From: an uncultured Candidatus Rokubacteria bacterium
Lineage (GTDB): Bacteria; Methylomirabilota; Methylomirabilia; Rokubacteriales; DASRDR01
Assembly: GCA_963708025.1 (NCBI GenBank)
Contig: CAVPSB010000013.1
Location: 352,001 to 416,000 of the forward strand
Direction of reading: 5' to 3'
DNA length: 64,000 bases
Shown: positions 1 through 13,996 of the stretch, piece after piece
Layout: every line of letters begins with the position of its first letter
Position numbering within the stretch: the stretch's first letter is position 1
The notes under the pieces: model-generated
Database searches by the model: none
Seen by the model: only the letters and a program-made list of their open reading frames with translations
What the model was told of the DNA's origin: nothing
Made by a program: the position numbers and the translations under genes

Positions 1-1432
1 CCGGCGAGCCGCGATGCCCTGACCGCCTCGGGTGACAGCTTCTGCAGGCGGGCCTTCTGCTCGGGGCTCGCCGGAGCGTCGATGCGCGTGTAGTAGGACA
101 TGCCCAGCTCCGCCGCCAGCTCCCGGTACTGCTCGCCCGGGTCCTTCCCCGTGCGGGCGGTGATCTCCGCGGCCAGCAGGTCCATGATGAGGCCGTCCTT
201 GTCGGTCGTCCACACGGTGCCGTCGCGTCGCAGGAAGCTGGCCCCGGCGCTCTCCTCGCCGCCGAAGCAGCAGGAGCCGTCGAACAGGCCCGGCACGAAC
301 CACTTGAAGCCGACCGGGACCTCGAACAGCCGCCGGCCGAGGCTGGCCACGACCCGGTCGATGATGGCGCTGCTGACCAGCGTCTTGCCGACCGCGGCGT
401 GGGCCGGCCAGCGGGGGCGGTGCCCGAGGAGGTAGCGGATGGCGACGGCCAGGTAGTGGTTGGGGTTCAGCAGCCCCGCCGAGGGGGTGACGATGCCGTG
501 CCGGTCCGCGTCGGCGTCGTTGGCGAAGGCGACGTGGAACCGGTCCTTGAGGCCGACCAGCCGGGCCATGGCGTACGGGCTCGAGCAGTCCATCCGGATC
601 TTGCCGTCGTGGTCGACGGTCATGAACGAGAACGTCGGGTCGATCACCGGGTTGACGACGGCGATGTCCAGCCCGTAGAGCGCGTTGATCGGCTCCCAGT
701 ACGGCCGGGCGGCGCCGCCGAGCGGGTCCACGCCCAGCCGCAGGCCGGCGCCGCGGATCGCCTCCATGTCGACGACGCTGCCGCAGGTCCTGGACGTAGG
801 GCAGGACGAGGTCCTCCTGGTGCGTCGTCCCCGCCTTGATGGCCGCGGCGAACGGCAGTCGCTTGACGCCGGCGTTGCCTCGGCGCAGCAGGTCGTTCGC
901 CCGGTCCTGGACCCACCGCGTCACGTCGGTGTCGGCGGGGCCGCCATGGGGCGGGTTGTACTTGAAGCCGCCGTCCTCGGGCGGGTTGTGCGACGGCGTG
1001 ACCACGATGCCGTCCGCGAGGTGCGCCGTGCGGCCACGGTTGTAGACGAGGATGGCGCGCGAGATGACGGGCGTCGGGGTGACGCCGTCGTCCTGCTGGA
1101 TGACGGTCGTCCACCTCGTTGGCCGCGAGGACCTCGAGCGCCGTGCGCTGGGCCGGCCCGGAGACGCGCGTGGGTGTCCTTGCCCATGTAGAGCGGGCCG
1201 TCGATGCCCTGGCCGCGGCGGTAGTCGCAGATGGCCTGGGTGATGGCCAGGATGTGGGCCTCGTTGAACGAGCCGTCGAGCGGCGAGCCCCGGTGTCCGC
1301 TGGTGCCGAAGCGGACGAGCTGGGTCGGGTCCCCGGGTCGGGCTTGCGGTCGTGGTACTCGCGCTCGAGCCGGACCAGGTCCACCAGCATCGCCTTCGGC
1401 GCCGGCTGGCCCGCCAGGGGCGAGATCGGCAC
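1..1432 (-). CDS. pgm: Phosphoglucomutase (alpha-D-glucose phosphate-specific); runs off window start; several 1-bp frameshifts
   Basis: N-terminus [18 protein letters not shown]; the minus strand also encodes [44 protein letters not shown] and GFKWFV in shifting frames. Confidence 0.9.
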
Positions 1433-1449
1433 GGGATCCTTCGTCTCGG

Positions 1450-3966
<2,517 letters not shown>

Positions 3967-4065
3967 CGCCGTGCCCTTTCCATCAGCATCGCTGCCATCC
4001 CTGTCCGAGGTCAACCGTCCCCTTGACGACAACCCGCCGGCGCGCCGAGATGGCGCGGGCCGGCA

Positions 4066-4455
4066 TCATCGGCACGATCGAACGAGGAGCAGCTCCACTC
4101 GTGGCGTGTCTCGCCAAGATACCAAGTCACGCCCTCGGGGGGAAGGTGTCGCTCCTCGGGTCTCGCGCCCCGGGTGCCCCATGGTCGGATCGGTCGAGAA
4201 CTTCTCGATGGTGAGCGTGGCCTTCTGCACCAGCGCCTTGGCCTCGGCGGCGTCGTCGGCGAACGCGGGCATCGCCCCGGCCGCCACGCCCAGGACCGCC
4301 AGCACACCAACGACCGTTCCCCGCTCCGTGTCACGGCTCCGCCCGTCGATCGTCAGCGTGAAGTCCGGGTGTCCGAAGATCGCGGCGCCGCCGTACACGT
4401 CGAAGAACACCTCGGCGCCGGCGGGAGTCCCCCCACCAGGCTCACCAAGCCCATG
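4066..4455 (-). pseudogene. Fused gene remnants: N-terminus of an outer-membrane-protein-like gene joined to the N-terminus of a Ysc84/SYLF-like protein
   Basis: EVFFDVYGGAAIF segment followed by a second signal peptide and DDAAEAKALVQKATLTIEKFSTDPTM, then loss of protein-like sequence. Confidence 0.35.
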
Positions 4456-4588
4456 ACCGCCGGGGCGTACCAGGTACGGGGCCCCGCCGGCAGGCGACCG
4501 GCGCTCCTCCGCTATGCTGCATGTGGGACGACCTGATCAGGAACGTCACGACGCTTCCTTCCCTACCCAGTTCGAGGTGGCTCGCCGG

Positions 4589-4858
4589 TCAGCCATCGTG
4601 CGACTCCTCGAGGCCGGCCAGCATCGCCATGATGAACGCGAGCAGGTCATCGACCGACGTGAAGCGCGATCGGCGGCCCGTCTGCAGATGCTCGATCCGC
4701 CCCGCGACGGTTCCCAGCCGGGCGTCGGTCTCGGCGCCGAACTGCACCACGAAGGCTTTCGCGAACGGCAGCGCCGGCCGGTCGTCGGCCCGGCCCGGGA
4801 CCGGGCCTTCCGCCCCCGCACGAGCATCGTCATGCGCCATGGCTTCGTCCGCTGTCAT
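4589..4858 (-). CDS. Small hypothetical protein
   Basis: AFVVQF...GRIEHLQTG...FTSVDDLLAF; protein-like composition. Confidence 0.6.
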   Translation of the reverse strand: MTADEAMAHDDARAGAEGPVPGRADDRPALPFAKAFVVQFGAETDARLGTVAGRIEHLQTGRRSRFTSVDDLLAFIMAMLAGLEESHDG

Positions 4859-5011
4859 CCTGCCCCCGGGCGCCGGCGGAAGTCCTGAGGGAAACCGCAA
4901 ATTTGTCCAAAACCGCTTGACGCGGCATCCCCTCCGGCAGATCATCCTACCGATCGATGGACTCCCTTGTCGGATCGGACGTGCAGTGGACGCCTTCTCC
5001 CCGTCCGGATC

Positions 5012-7195
5012 ATGAGCACACCCCCTGACGGCGCCAGCGAAAAGAAGCCAGCCGCCCCCTCCCGGTTCATCCTCTGGGGGCTCGGGCTGGGATTGGCCTG
5101 CGGCTTGCTTTTCGGCGAGTATTGCCGGCCGCTGCTGCTCGTCGGGGAGGCCTACGTGAAGCTGCTGCAGATGACCGTGATGCCCTACATCACGGTCTCG
5201 CTGATCCTCGGCATCGGCGGCCTGACCGGCGTCCAGGCCAAGGAGCTGGCCCGCAAGGCGGGCGCGTTGCTGCTCGTCTTCTGGGGCATCGCGTTGGTGG
5301 CAGTGGTGCTCATGCCGCTGTCGTTCCCGAAGTGGCAAACGGCGGCGTTCTTCAGCTCGTCTCTGGTCGAGCAGCCCCAGGAGAGAGACCTGCTGGACCT
5401 GTACATCCCGTCCAACCCGTTCCGCTCGCTGGCCGACAACGTCGTGCCTGCAGTCGTCTTGTTCAGCATCCTGGTCGGCGTCGCCCTCATGGGCGTGAAG
5501 GGGAAGTCGACGCTCCTGCCCGGACTGGCCATCGCCACGGAGACGCTGAGCCGGGTCACCAAGCTCATCGTCCGGCTCACGCCGCTCGGCCTGTTCGCCA
5601 TCGTGGCGTCGGCCTCCGGCACCATGAGCCTGGAGGAGTTCAGCCGCCTGCACGTGTACCTGCTGGCCTACATCGCGGCCGCGCTGTTCCTGACGTTCTG
5701 GGTGCTGCCCGGCCTGTTGACGATGGCCACGCCGTTCGGCTACTGGGAGCTGACCCGGCTGTCGCGCGATGCGCTGATCACCGCGTTCGTCACCGGCAAC
5801 CTCCTGGTCGTCCTGCCGGTGCTGACCAGCCATGTCAAGGAGCTGTTCCGCCACCGCAACCTGCTGCAAGAGACGACCGAGGCGTACGCCGACGTCATCG
5901 TGCCGGTGTCGTTCAACTTCCCGAACGTGGGCAAGCTGCTGCTGCTGATCTTCGTCCTGTTCGCCGGCTGGTTCTCCGGGTCGCCGGTCAGCGCGGGCCA
6001 GTATCCGACGCTGATGGTGACGGGGCTGCTGAGCTTCTTCGGCAGCACGAACGTGGCCATCCCCTACCTGCTCGATCTGCTGAAGCTGCCGCACGATCTC
6101 TTCCAGCTTTATCTTGTCTCGGGTCTGGTGACCGGGCGGTTCGCGTCGCTGCTGGCCGCCATGAACCTCCTGGTCTTCACGGTCCTCTCGGTCGCCTTGC
6201 TGGCCGGCGGGGCCTCCATCCGGCGGGCGCGGCTGCTGACCTATCTCGGCCTGACCGCGCTGCTCACGGTGGGACTGATCGGCGGCCTGCGCCTCTACTT
6301 CGGCAGCTTCGTGAAGAACACCTCGTCGATGGCCGACGTCGTGAGCCAGATGCACCTGCTGCGAGAATCGGTGCCGGCCCTGGTCCACCCCGCGCCGCCC
6401 TCCGCGCCACCGCACACACCCGGACAGACCCGCCTCCGGGAGATCCAGGAGCGCGGGTTCGTGCGCGTGGGGTACCTGAAGGACCGGCTGCCCTACGCGT
6501 TCGAGAACGCGCGCCGGCAGCTGGTCGGGCTCGACATCGAGATGGCTCACGACCTGGCCCGCACGCTCGAAGTCGCCCTCGAGTTCGTGCCCGTTGACCG
6601 GGAGCGGCTGGCCGCTCAGCTCAACGCGGGCGACTGTGACATCCTGATATCCGGCATCGCGCTCACGCCCGACCGGGCCGCGCAGCTGAGCCTCTCGGTG
6701 CCCTATCGCAGCGAGACGGTAGCCGTGGTGGTCCCGAGCTATCGCCGCCAGGAGTTCCGCTCCCGGGACGCCATCCAGGAGCACGCGGGACTGCGGGTGG
6801 GCATCCTCGGCGACCCGTACTTCACCGCGAGGGTCCGCGAGTCCCTGCCCCGGGTCAACTGGGTCGAGCTGTCCTCGCCGCGCGAGTTCTTCGAGGGAGC
6901 GCAGCCGGCCCTCGATGCCTTCCTGTTCACGGCGGAGGCCGGCTCCGCCTGGACGCTCCTGTACCCCCGATTCGCCGTCGTGGTGCCGCAGCCCGGCCTG
7001 CTGTCGATCCCGATGGCCTACGCGGTCGCTCGCGGCGACCAGGAGCTCCTGGACTACGTCAACGCCTGGCTCGAGCTCAAGCAGAAGGACCGCACCGCGG
7101 AGCGGCTGTACGACTACTGGATCCTGGGACGCGGCGCCGCCGCGAGGCAGCCGCGCTGGTCGGTCGTCCGCGACGTCCTCCACTGGGTCAAGTGA
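5012..7195 (+). CDS. Dicarboxylate/amino acid:cation symporter (GltP/DctA family) fused to a C-terminal family-3 periplasmic binding domain
   Basis: About 430 aa hydrophobic N-domain (YVKLLQMTVMPYI, IPSNPFRSLA); C-domain RLREIQERGFVRVG...LVGLDIEMAHDLA...NAWL. Confidence 0.85.
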   Translation: MSTPPDGASEKKPAAPSRFILWGLGLGLACGLLFGEYCRPLLLVGEAYVKLLQMTVMPYITVSLILGIGGLTGVQAKELARKAGALLLVFWGIALVAVVLMPLSFPKWQTAAFFSSSLVEQPQERDLLDLYIPSNPFRSLADNVVPAVVLFSILVGVALMGVKGKSTLLPGLAIATETLSRVTKLIVRLTPLGLFAIVASASGTMSLEEFSRLHVYLLAYIAAALFLTFWVLPGLLTMATPFGYWELTRLSRDALITAFVTGNLLVVLPVLTSHVKELFRHRNLLQETTEAYADVIVPVSFNFPNVGKLLLLIFVLFAGWFSGSPVSAGQYPTLMVTGLLSFFGSTNVAIPYLLDLLKLPHDLFQLYLVSGLVTGRFASLLAAMNLLVFTVLSVALLAGGASIRRARLLTYLGLTALLTVGLIGGLRLYFGSFVKNTSSMADVVSQMHLLRESVPALVHPAPPSAPPHTPGQTRLREIQERGFVRVGYLKDRLPYAFENARRQLVGLDIEMAHDLARTLEVALEFVPVDRERLAAQLNAGDCDILISGIALTPDRAAQLSLSVPYRSETVAVVVPSYRRQEFRSRDAIQEHAGLRVGILGDPYFTARVRESLPRVNWVELSSPREFFEGAQPALDAFLFTAEAGSAWTLLYPRFAVVVPQPGLLSIPMAYAVARGDQELLDYVNAWLELKQKDRTAERLYDYWILGRGAAARQPRWSVVRDVLHWVK

Positions 7196-7271
7196 AACCC
7201 GCCACCCTCGGCTCGCCCCGATCGGGGTTGCACGGCGCGGCTGTTCTCGATACGCTGCACTGGCGGATACA

Positions 7272-7725
7272 ATGAGACCGTCCACCCTCCTGGTGCTCCT
7301 CGGCTTCCTCGTCGGCATTCCGGCGGGGGTCGGCGCCTTCACCTTCGTGTACGCCAAGGGCCTCTCCTACCTGTCCACCGATTCGCGGGCGTGCGCCAAC
7401 TGCCACGTCATGAACGAGCAGTACGACGCCTGGCTCAAGAGCGGCCACCGGCACACCGCATCCTGCGTGGAGTGCCACCTGCCCCACCGGGGGCTGGCGA
7501 AGTGGGTCACCAAGGTGGCTCACGGCTTCCGGCACTCCGCCGCCTTCACGCTGCAGAACTTCAAGGAGCCGATCGAGATCACGCCACGCGACCGCCGAGC
7601 TGGTCCAGGTCAACTGCCGGCGCTGCCACGAGGCCCTCGTCCACGCGGTCTCTGCCTCGCCCGCCGGCACCCAGCTGGACTGCCTGCACTGCCACGCCGG
7701 CGCGGGCCACGGCGCCCGCGGCTGA
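7272..7725 (+). CDS. nrfH: Cytochrome c nitrite reductase small subunit (tetraheme); frameshift near 7590
   Basis: N-terminal TM anchor; CANCH and CVECH, then CRRCH and CLHCH in the shifted frame; directly upstream of nrfA. Confidence 0.9.
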
Positions 7726-7746
7726 GTTCCCTTCCAGGAGGCCGAC

Positions 7747-9148
<1,402 letters not shown>

Positions 9149-9172
9149 GGGCGTGAAGCAATCGGGCCTCTG

Positions 9173-9234
9173 ACTCCCCCCTCCCCCCGGTGGGTGGGGG
9201 AGGGGGGTTGGGGGGTAGGCGGGAGGTCTCGAAC
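9173..9234 (+). repeat. Intergenic C-tract/G-tract repeat, family A, copy 1
   Basis: CTCCCCCCTCCCCCCGGTGGGTGGGGGAGGGGGGTTGGGGGGTAGGCGGGAGGTCTCGAAC; near-identical copies at 35521-35580 and 54088-54151. Confidence 0.9.
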
Positions 9235-10328
9235 TGAAGATCACCGGGATCGAGAGCATCGTCCTCACCCTGCCGATGGTGATCGACGGGGCCACGCCGA
9301 TCCACGCCGGCCGGCCCCGGACCAGCATCGAGATGCTGCTCGTCCGCGTGGACACCGACGCCGGGATCACCGGCTGGGGCGAAGCGTTCGGCCAGCGGAT
9401 CTTCCCGGCCACGCGGGCCGCCATCGACACCCTGCTCGGTCCCCTGTGCGTGGGCCGGGACCCGAGCCAGATCCTCGCCCTCAACGATGACCTCCAGCGG
9501 CTGCTCCACGGCCTCGGCCGCGGCGGACCGGCCATCTACGCGCTGTCGGGCCTCGACATCGCCCTCTGGGACATCGCGGGCAAGGCGGCCGGGCTTCCGC
9601 TGTACCGCCTGCTCGGCGGCAGTCCCCGGGCCGACCTCCCCGCCTACGCCAGCCTCCTCCGCTACGGCCAGGCCGGGGCCGTCGCCCACTACACCGCCCA
9701 GGCGCTCGGGCGCGGCTATCGCCACATCAAACTCCACGAGATCACCGTGCCCGAGGTGAAGGCCGCGCGCGACGCCGCGGGGCCCGGGGTGCCGATCATG
9801 GTCAACACCAACTGCCCGTGGACGGTGCCCCAGGCGATCGAGATGGCGCACCGGCTGGCCCCGCTCGACCTTCACTGGCTGGAGGAGCCGGTGTGGCCGC
9901 CCGAGAACCTCGCCGGCCTCGCCGAGGTCCGGGTCAGGGGCGGCATCCCCACCGCCGCCGGCGAGAACTACGGCACCGTGTGGGAGTTCCGGCGGGCCTG
10001 CGAGGCGGGCGCCATCACCTACGCACAGCCGAGTGTCACCAAGATCGGCGGCGTGACCGAGCTGCGGCGGGTCATGACCGTCGCCGAGACCTTCGGCGTC
10101 CAGGTGGTCCCGCACTCGGCCTACTTCGGGCCGGGACTGCTCGCCTCCATCCACTGCCTGGCGGCGATGCCCGCCGAGTCGCTCGTCGAGCGCTACTACT
10201 GCGACTTCGCCGAGAACCCCCTCGGCGAGGCCATCCACCCGACGGGCGGCCGCCTCGCGGTCCCGCAGGGTCCGGGTCTCGGGGTGGATCCCGACCCGCG
10301 CCTCCTCCTGAAGCTGCGCGCGCGCTGA
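9234..10328 (+). CDS. Mandelate racemase/muconate lactonizing enzyme family protein; probable CTG start
   Basis: (L)KITGIES N-terminus, TDAGITGWGE, LDIALWDIAGKAAG, WLEEP, AGEN. Confidence 0.9.
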   Translation: MKITGIESIVLTLPMVIDGATPIHAGRPRTSIEMLLVRVDTDAGITGWGEAFGQRIFPATRAAIDTLLGPLCVGRDPSQILALNDDLQRLLHGLGRGGPAIYALSGLDIALWDIAGKAAGLPLYRLLGGSPRADLPAYASLLRYGQAGAVAHYTAQALGRGYRHIKLHEITVPEVKAARDAAGPGVPIMVNTNCPWTVPQAIEMAHRLAPLDLHWLEEPVWPPENLAGLAEVRVRGGIPTAAGENYGTVWEFRRACEAGAITYAQPSVTKIGGVTELRRVMTVAETFGVQVVPHSAYFGPGLLASIHCLAAMPAESLVERYYCDFAENPLGEAIHPTGGRLAVPQGPGLGVDPDPRLLLKLRAR

Positions 10329-10441
10329 CGGAACCCGGCCGGCCGGCCGCCGGGTGGGCGGGGGAGAGGGATGCGCTCCGGGCTGGTATCATGCAGCCGA
10401 CGGCACCGCAGCTATCGAGCCACCGACATCAGGAGGATCTC

Positions 10442-11017
10442 ATGGCGAAGACACCGGACAGCATGGGCGAGAAGGCCCGTTCGCTCGAGGACGAGTTCTT
10501 CCGCAAGGAGGACCAGCGGGCCATCCAGCGGCTCCGGGAGCTCAGAGAGCGGGAGGTATCCCGCGAGGGCCTGTCCAAGACCTCGGGCATCAAGAACGTG
10601 GCCATCCTGGACAAGCTCCTCGATCTCGGCGTTCGCAACGAAACGGTGGCCGCCCTCGCCATCGTGCCCCTGGCGGAGGTGGCGTGGGCCGATGGGTCGA
10701 TGGACGCGAAGGAGGAGCGGGCGATCCTCAAGCGCGCCGAGGAAGCCGGGGTCCTGCCGGGCTCCCCCGTCCACGATCTCCTCAAGAGCTGGCTGGAGCG
10801 CCGCCCCGAGCCGAAGCTGCTCGCGGCGTGGACCCACATGGTCGAGGGGATCTGCGAGCACCTGACCCCGGAGCAGGTCGACGGCCTCCGGACCGGCCTC
10901 GTCGAGCGGGCACAGACCATCGCCATGGCGAGCGGGGGCCTCCTGGGCATGGGCGCCGTCTCGCGCGCCGAGCAGGAGATGATCCAGACGCTGGCGGCCG
11001 CCTTCGGGCGCAAGTAG
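10442..11017 (+). CDS. Hypothetical protein, TerB-like
   Basis: AGGAGG RBS; RSLEDEFF...PLAEVAWADGSMDAKE...SGGLLG. Confidence 0.7.
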   Translation: MAKTPDSMGEKARSLEDEFFRKEDQRAIQRLRELREREVSREGLSKTSGIKNVAILDKLLDLGVRNETVAALAIVPLAEVAWADGSMDAKEERAILKRAEEAGVLPGSPVHDLLKSWLERRPEPKLLAAWTHMVEGICEHLTPEQVDGLRTGLVERAQTIAMASGGLLGMGAVSRAEQEMIQTLAAAFGRK

Positions 11018-11047
11018 CCGCCCACCACCGCCTCGCGTCCGCCCCCC

Positions 11048-11245
11048 GGGGTCTTCCGAGACCCCCGGCTCAGCGCGCGCTGACGCCGCTCATTCCTAGT
11101 CGCCCGTAGGCTTCTCGCAACCCTCTGACTCTGGCCGAGCGGCCGGGGCGTTCCGCTTCGAGCCGCGGCCCAAAGGCCGAAGGCCGTCCAACAGTCGCGG
11201 CCTCCGAGGGCGGGGCATCGGGGGGGTCTTCCGAGACCCCCGAAG
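11048..11245. repeat. Two family C hairpin repeats (GGGGTCTTCCGAGACCCC) plus a GGCCGAAGGCC module, between convergent genes
   Basis: Copies near 11048-11065 and 11223-11240; third copy at 29961-29998. Confidence 0.75.
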
Positions 11246-11248
11246 CTC

Positions 11249-12706
11249 TCAGCGGGCCGGTGGCCGGGGGTTCAACCGGAGCTCGCGCCGGCAGCGCCTG
11301 GCGGGCCTCAGGGTCTCCAGGAAGGCGACCAGCGCGTTCACCTCGGCCGGGCTCAGGTTCTTCCCGTAGGCCGGCATGTTGCCCCCGCCCTGGACCACCT
11401 GGCGGATGAGCTGGTCGCGCGTCTGGCGGGTGGCGACGCCTTCGAGCGACGGGCCGCGCCGGCCCCCCTCGCCAGCCAGCGCGTGGCAGTTGCGGCACTG
11501 CTTGTTCTGGAGCACGAGGGCACCCTGCAGCTCGAGCGGGGTGCGGCCCCGGACGTACGCCACCGGCGTGGGCAGCGCGCTCCAGGCGCCCATGACCGGG
11601 GACCACGGCACCACCACCCCGAGGCCGGCCAGCGTGGTGACGGTCAGGACGATCAGGACGACGCCCAGCACGGCGACGGGTCGCCGCTTCCAGCTCTTCT
11701 CCCCGGTGCCCGCCAGGAACGGCACCACCAGGAGGAGCACGATCGCGATCGGCGGGCCGAAGAGCAGGAGCACGGTCTCGGTCCAGGGCGGCAGCAGGGC
11801 AAAGAGCGCGAACAGGGCGAGGAAGTAGAAGTCGGGCTTGGGGGCGGTGTCGATGATCGTGGGATCCGGCACGCCGTGGGGACCGAACGGGCCGAAGATC
11901 GCGGAGCAGATCAGCACGAGCAGGATGACCAGGCCCATCGCGACCATGTCCTTGCGCACCACGTCGGGGAAGAAGGGCACCCCGTCCCGGTGGACCTCCT
12001 CCGCGTAGCGCTGCCGGTAGGTCTGTCGGTCCACGAGCCGGCCCGGCATCGGCCACTCGTTGACCCCGAGCCGGAGGACCAGCCAGAGGTGGAGGCCGAC
12101 CAGCGCGATCAGGATCCCCGGGATGAGGAAGACGTGGGCGGTGAAGACGCGCGACAGGGTGCGGCCGGCGATGATCGGCCCGCCGAGGATCAGCTGCACC
12201 ACCGACTGCCCCACGACCGGGGTGCGGGAGGCGATGGACGCCCCGATCCCGAGCCCCCAGTAGGCGTCCTGGTCCCAGCGCATGAGCTGGCCCGTGAAGG
12301 CCATGCCGAGCGTGCACAGGAACAGGAGCACCCCGACGACCCAGGTCATCTCCCGGGGGTACTTGTGGGCCCCCCACAGGAAGACCTGGATCATGTGGAG
12401 GGTCATCACCGCCACCATGCCGTTCGAGCCCCAGAAGTGGACCGCCCGCAGGAACCAGCCGAACGGCGCCTCGTAGTTCAGGTAGAGGAGGCTCTCGTAC
12501 GCCTTGTCGGCCGACGGGACGTACACGAACGCGAGGCAGATGCCCGTCGCGATCTGGAGCACGAAGAGGGCGAGCGTGGCGCTCCCGAAGGTGTACCACC
12601 AGCTCGCGGTGCGGCGCGGGACCGGGTGGTCGAGCACCGGGGTGAGCGCGTCGCTGAGGCCCGCGCGCTCGTCGACCCACCGACCGATGGACGGCAACCG
12701 GGCCAC
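11249..12706 (-). CDS. Cytochrome b/b6 (QcrB/PetB-like) with fused C-terminal cytochrome c
   Basis: Heme b His in RAVHFWGS, LHMIQVF, TAHVF, GLHLW; PDFY variant of PEWY; C-terminal CRNCH...MP. Confidence 0.9.
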   Translation of the reverse strand: MARLPSIGRWVDERAGLSDALTPVLDHPVPRRTASWWYTFGSATLALFVLQIATGICLAFVYVPSADKAYESLLYLNYEAPFGWFLRAVHFWGSNGMVAVMTLHMIQVFLWGAHKYPREMTWVVGVLLFLCTLGMAFTGQLMRWDQDAYWGLGIGASIASRTPVVGQSVVQLILGGPIIAGRTLSRVFTAHVFLIPGILIALVGLHLWLVLRLGVNEWPMPGRLVDRQTYRQRYAEEVHRDGVPFFPDVVRKDMVAMGLVILLVLICSAIFGPFGPHGVPDPTIIDTAPKPDFYFLALFALFALLPPWTETVLLLFGPPIAIVLLLVVPFLAGTGEKSWKRRPVAVLGVVLIVLTVTTLAGLGVVVPWSPVMGAWSALPTPVAYVRGRTPLELQGALVLQNKQCRNCHALAGEGGRRGPSLEGVATRQTRDQLIRQVVQGGGNMPAYGKNLSPAEVNALVAFLETLRPARRCRRELRLNPRPPAR

Positions 12707-12719
12707 CGGGACGCCTCGC

Positions 12720-13241
12720 CTACACCGGGCCGGCGAGGGTCGGGAGCTGGCCCCCGCGCACCCAGAGCTGGCCCTCGCGGATCTGGGACTCGTACTCGAA
12801 GAGGCCCCGTGGCGGAGGCCCCGAGGCGCGGGTGCCGTCCTCGTAGTAGACGCCGCCGTGGCACGGGCACATGAACAGCCGCGACTGGGCGAACCAGCGC
12901 ACCGGGCAGCCCAGGTGCGCGCAGTTGACCGCGAAGACCTGGAACTGCCCCCCCGGGACGTGGCGGACCCAGCACGCGGTCTTCGCCGTCGCCCCGTCCC
13001 AGTGCATGCTGACCGGATTCTCGTAGACGGCGAGCCGGGTCTCGCCGGCGGGGAAGTCCGCCACCTGCCCCAGCCGGATCCAGGACTGGCCGCCCAGGCG
13101 GCGCATGGGGGCCAGGATGAACCCGAGCACCGGGACTCCCACCAGGGCGGCGCCCAGCAGGTTCAGCGCGAGCCCGAGCTTGAAGAGGAAGCCCCGGCGG
13201 CCAGGTGACTGCGGCGGCACCAGCTCGTGGTTGGCGCACAT
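12720..13241 (-). CDS. Rieske 2Fe-2S subunit
   Basis: Tat motif GRRGFL; CAHLGC and CPCHGG boxes. Confidence 0.93.
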   Translation of the reverse strand: MCANHELVPPQSPGRRGFLFKLGLALNLLGAALVGVPVLGFILAPMRRLGGQSWIRLGQVADFPAGETRLAVYENPVSMHWDGATAKTACWVRHVPGGQFQVFAVNCAHLGCPVRWFAQSRLFMCPCHGGVYYEDGTRASGPPPRGLFEYESQIREGQLWVRGGQLPTLAGPV

Positions 13242-13258
13242 GACTCAGCCCTCTCCGT

Positions 13259-13996
13259 TCATCGTGCGGGCCGTGGCGGGCCGGCCTCGGCGGTGAGCCG
13301 TCCGGGCACCGGCCGCCGCTGGGCGACCAGCCAGGCCACGACGTCCGAGACCTGCTGCGGGGTCAGCGGCTGCCCCGTGACGTAGCCGCGCCAGTCGGGC
13401 ATTCCGAGATCGGGGCGCCCGGCGATCACCGTGGTGCGCAGCCCCTGATCGCTCGTCAGGGCCAAATAGGACGGGTCCACGACGGGCCCGCCCTTCGGCC
13501 CGCCTCCGCCGTCCGGGCCATGACAGGCCCCGCACGCCGTCCCGTACACCACCTTGCCCCGCTCGGCGTCACCGGCCCCCCCGTCGTACGGCGGGAGCGC
13601 GGCGTCCCGGCTCGCGTCCGGGCGGCCCCACGCGCGGATCAGCCCCTGCACCAGCGCGTCGACCTGCGCGTCGGTCAGCTCGCCGCCGGCGCTCTGCGCG
13701 AAGGCCGGCTGGGAGGTGCCGGGCACGCCCCGGGCGATGACCTGCCGCAGCCGCTCCCGGGGCACCAGGGCGAGGTAGACGGGATCGTTGAGCGGCCGGG
13801 CCGGCCCCAGGCGGCCCTCGGCCCCGTGGCACCCGGCGCAGTGGCGGCCGTAGAGGGCGTCGAAGGCGACGACCTGGGAAGGGACGACGTCGTGCGCGCC
13901 GGGCTTCGGCTTCCCCGGCAAGGCATCGCACCCGGCGAGGACGAGGCCCGCCGCGAGCAGCAGGCCAAGACACGCACCCGGGCGCGCGGCGCTCAC
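13259..13996 (-). CDS. Di-heme cytochrome c lipoprotein
   Basis: Lipobox LAGC; CAGCH and CGACH. Confidence 0.85.
   Translation of the reverse strand: MSAARPGACLGLLLAAGLVLAGCDALPGKPKPGAHDVVPSQVVAFDALYGRHCAGCHGAEGRLGPARPLNDPVYLALVPRERLRQVIARGVPGTSQPAFAQSAGGELTDAQVDALVQGLIRAWGRPDASRDAALPPYDGGAGDAERGKVVYGTACGACHGPDGGGGPKGGPVVDPSYLALTSDQGLRTTVIAGRPDLGMPDWRGYVTGQPLTPQQVSDVVAWLVAQRRPVPGRLTAEAGPPRPAR

Noticed and set aside
4589-7357. Very long antisense or alternative-frame ORFs (e.g. 922 aa here, 963 aa at 27611-30502, 1257 aa at 40766-44539)
   Set aside because: Shadow ORFs caused by high GC; Arg/Pro/Gly-rich and overlapping well-supported genes. Only terminal parts of some correspond to real genes.
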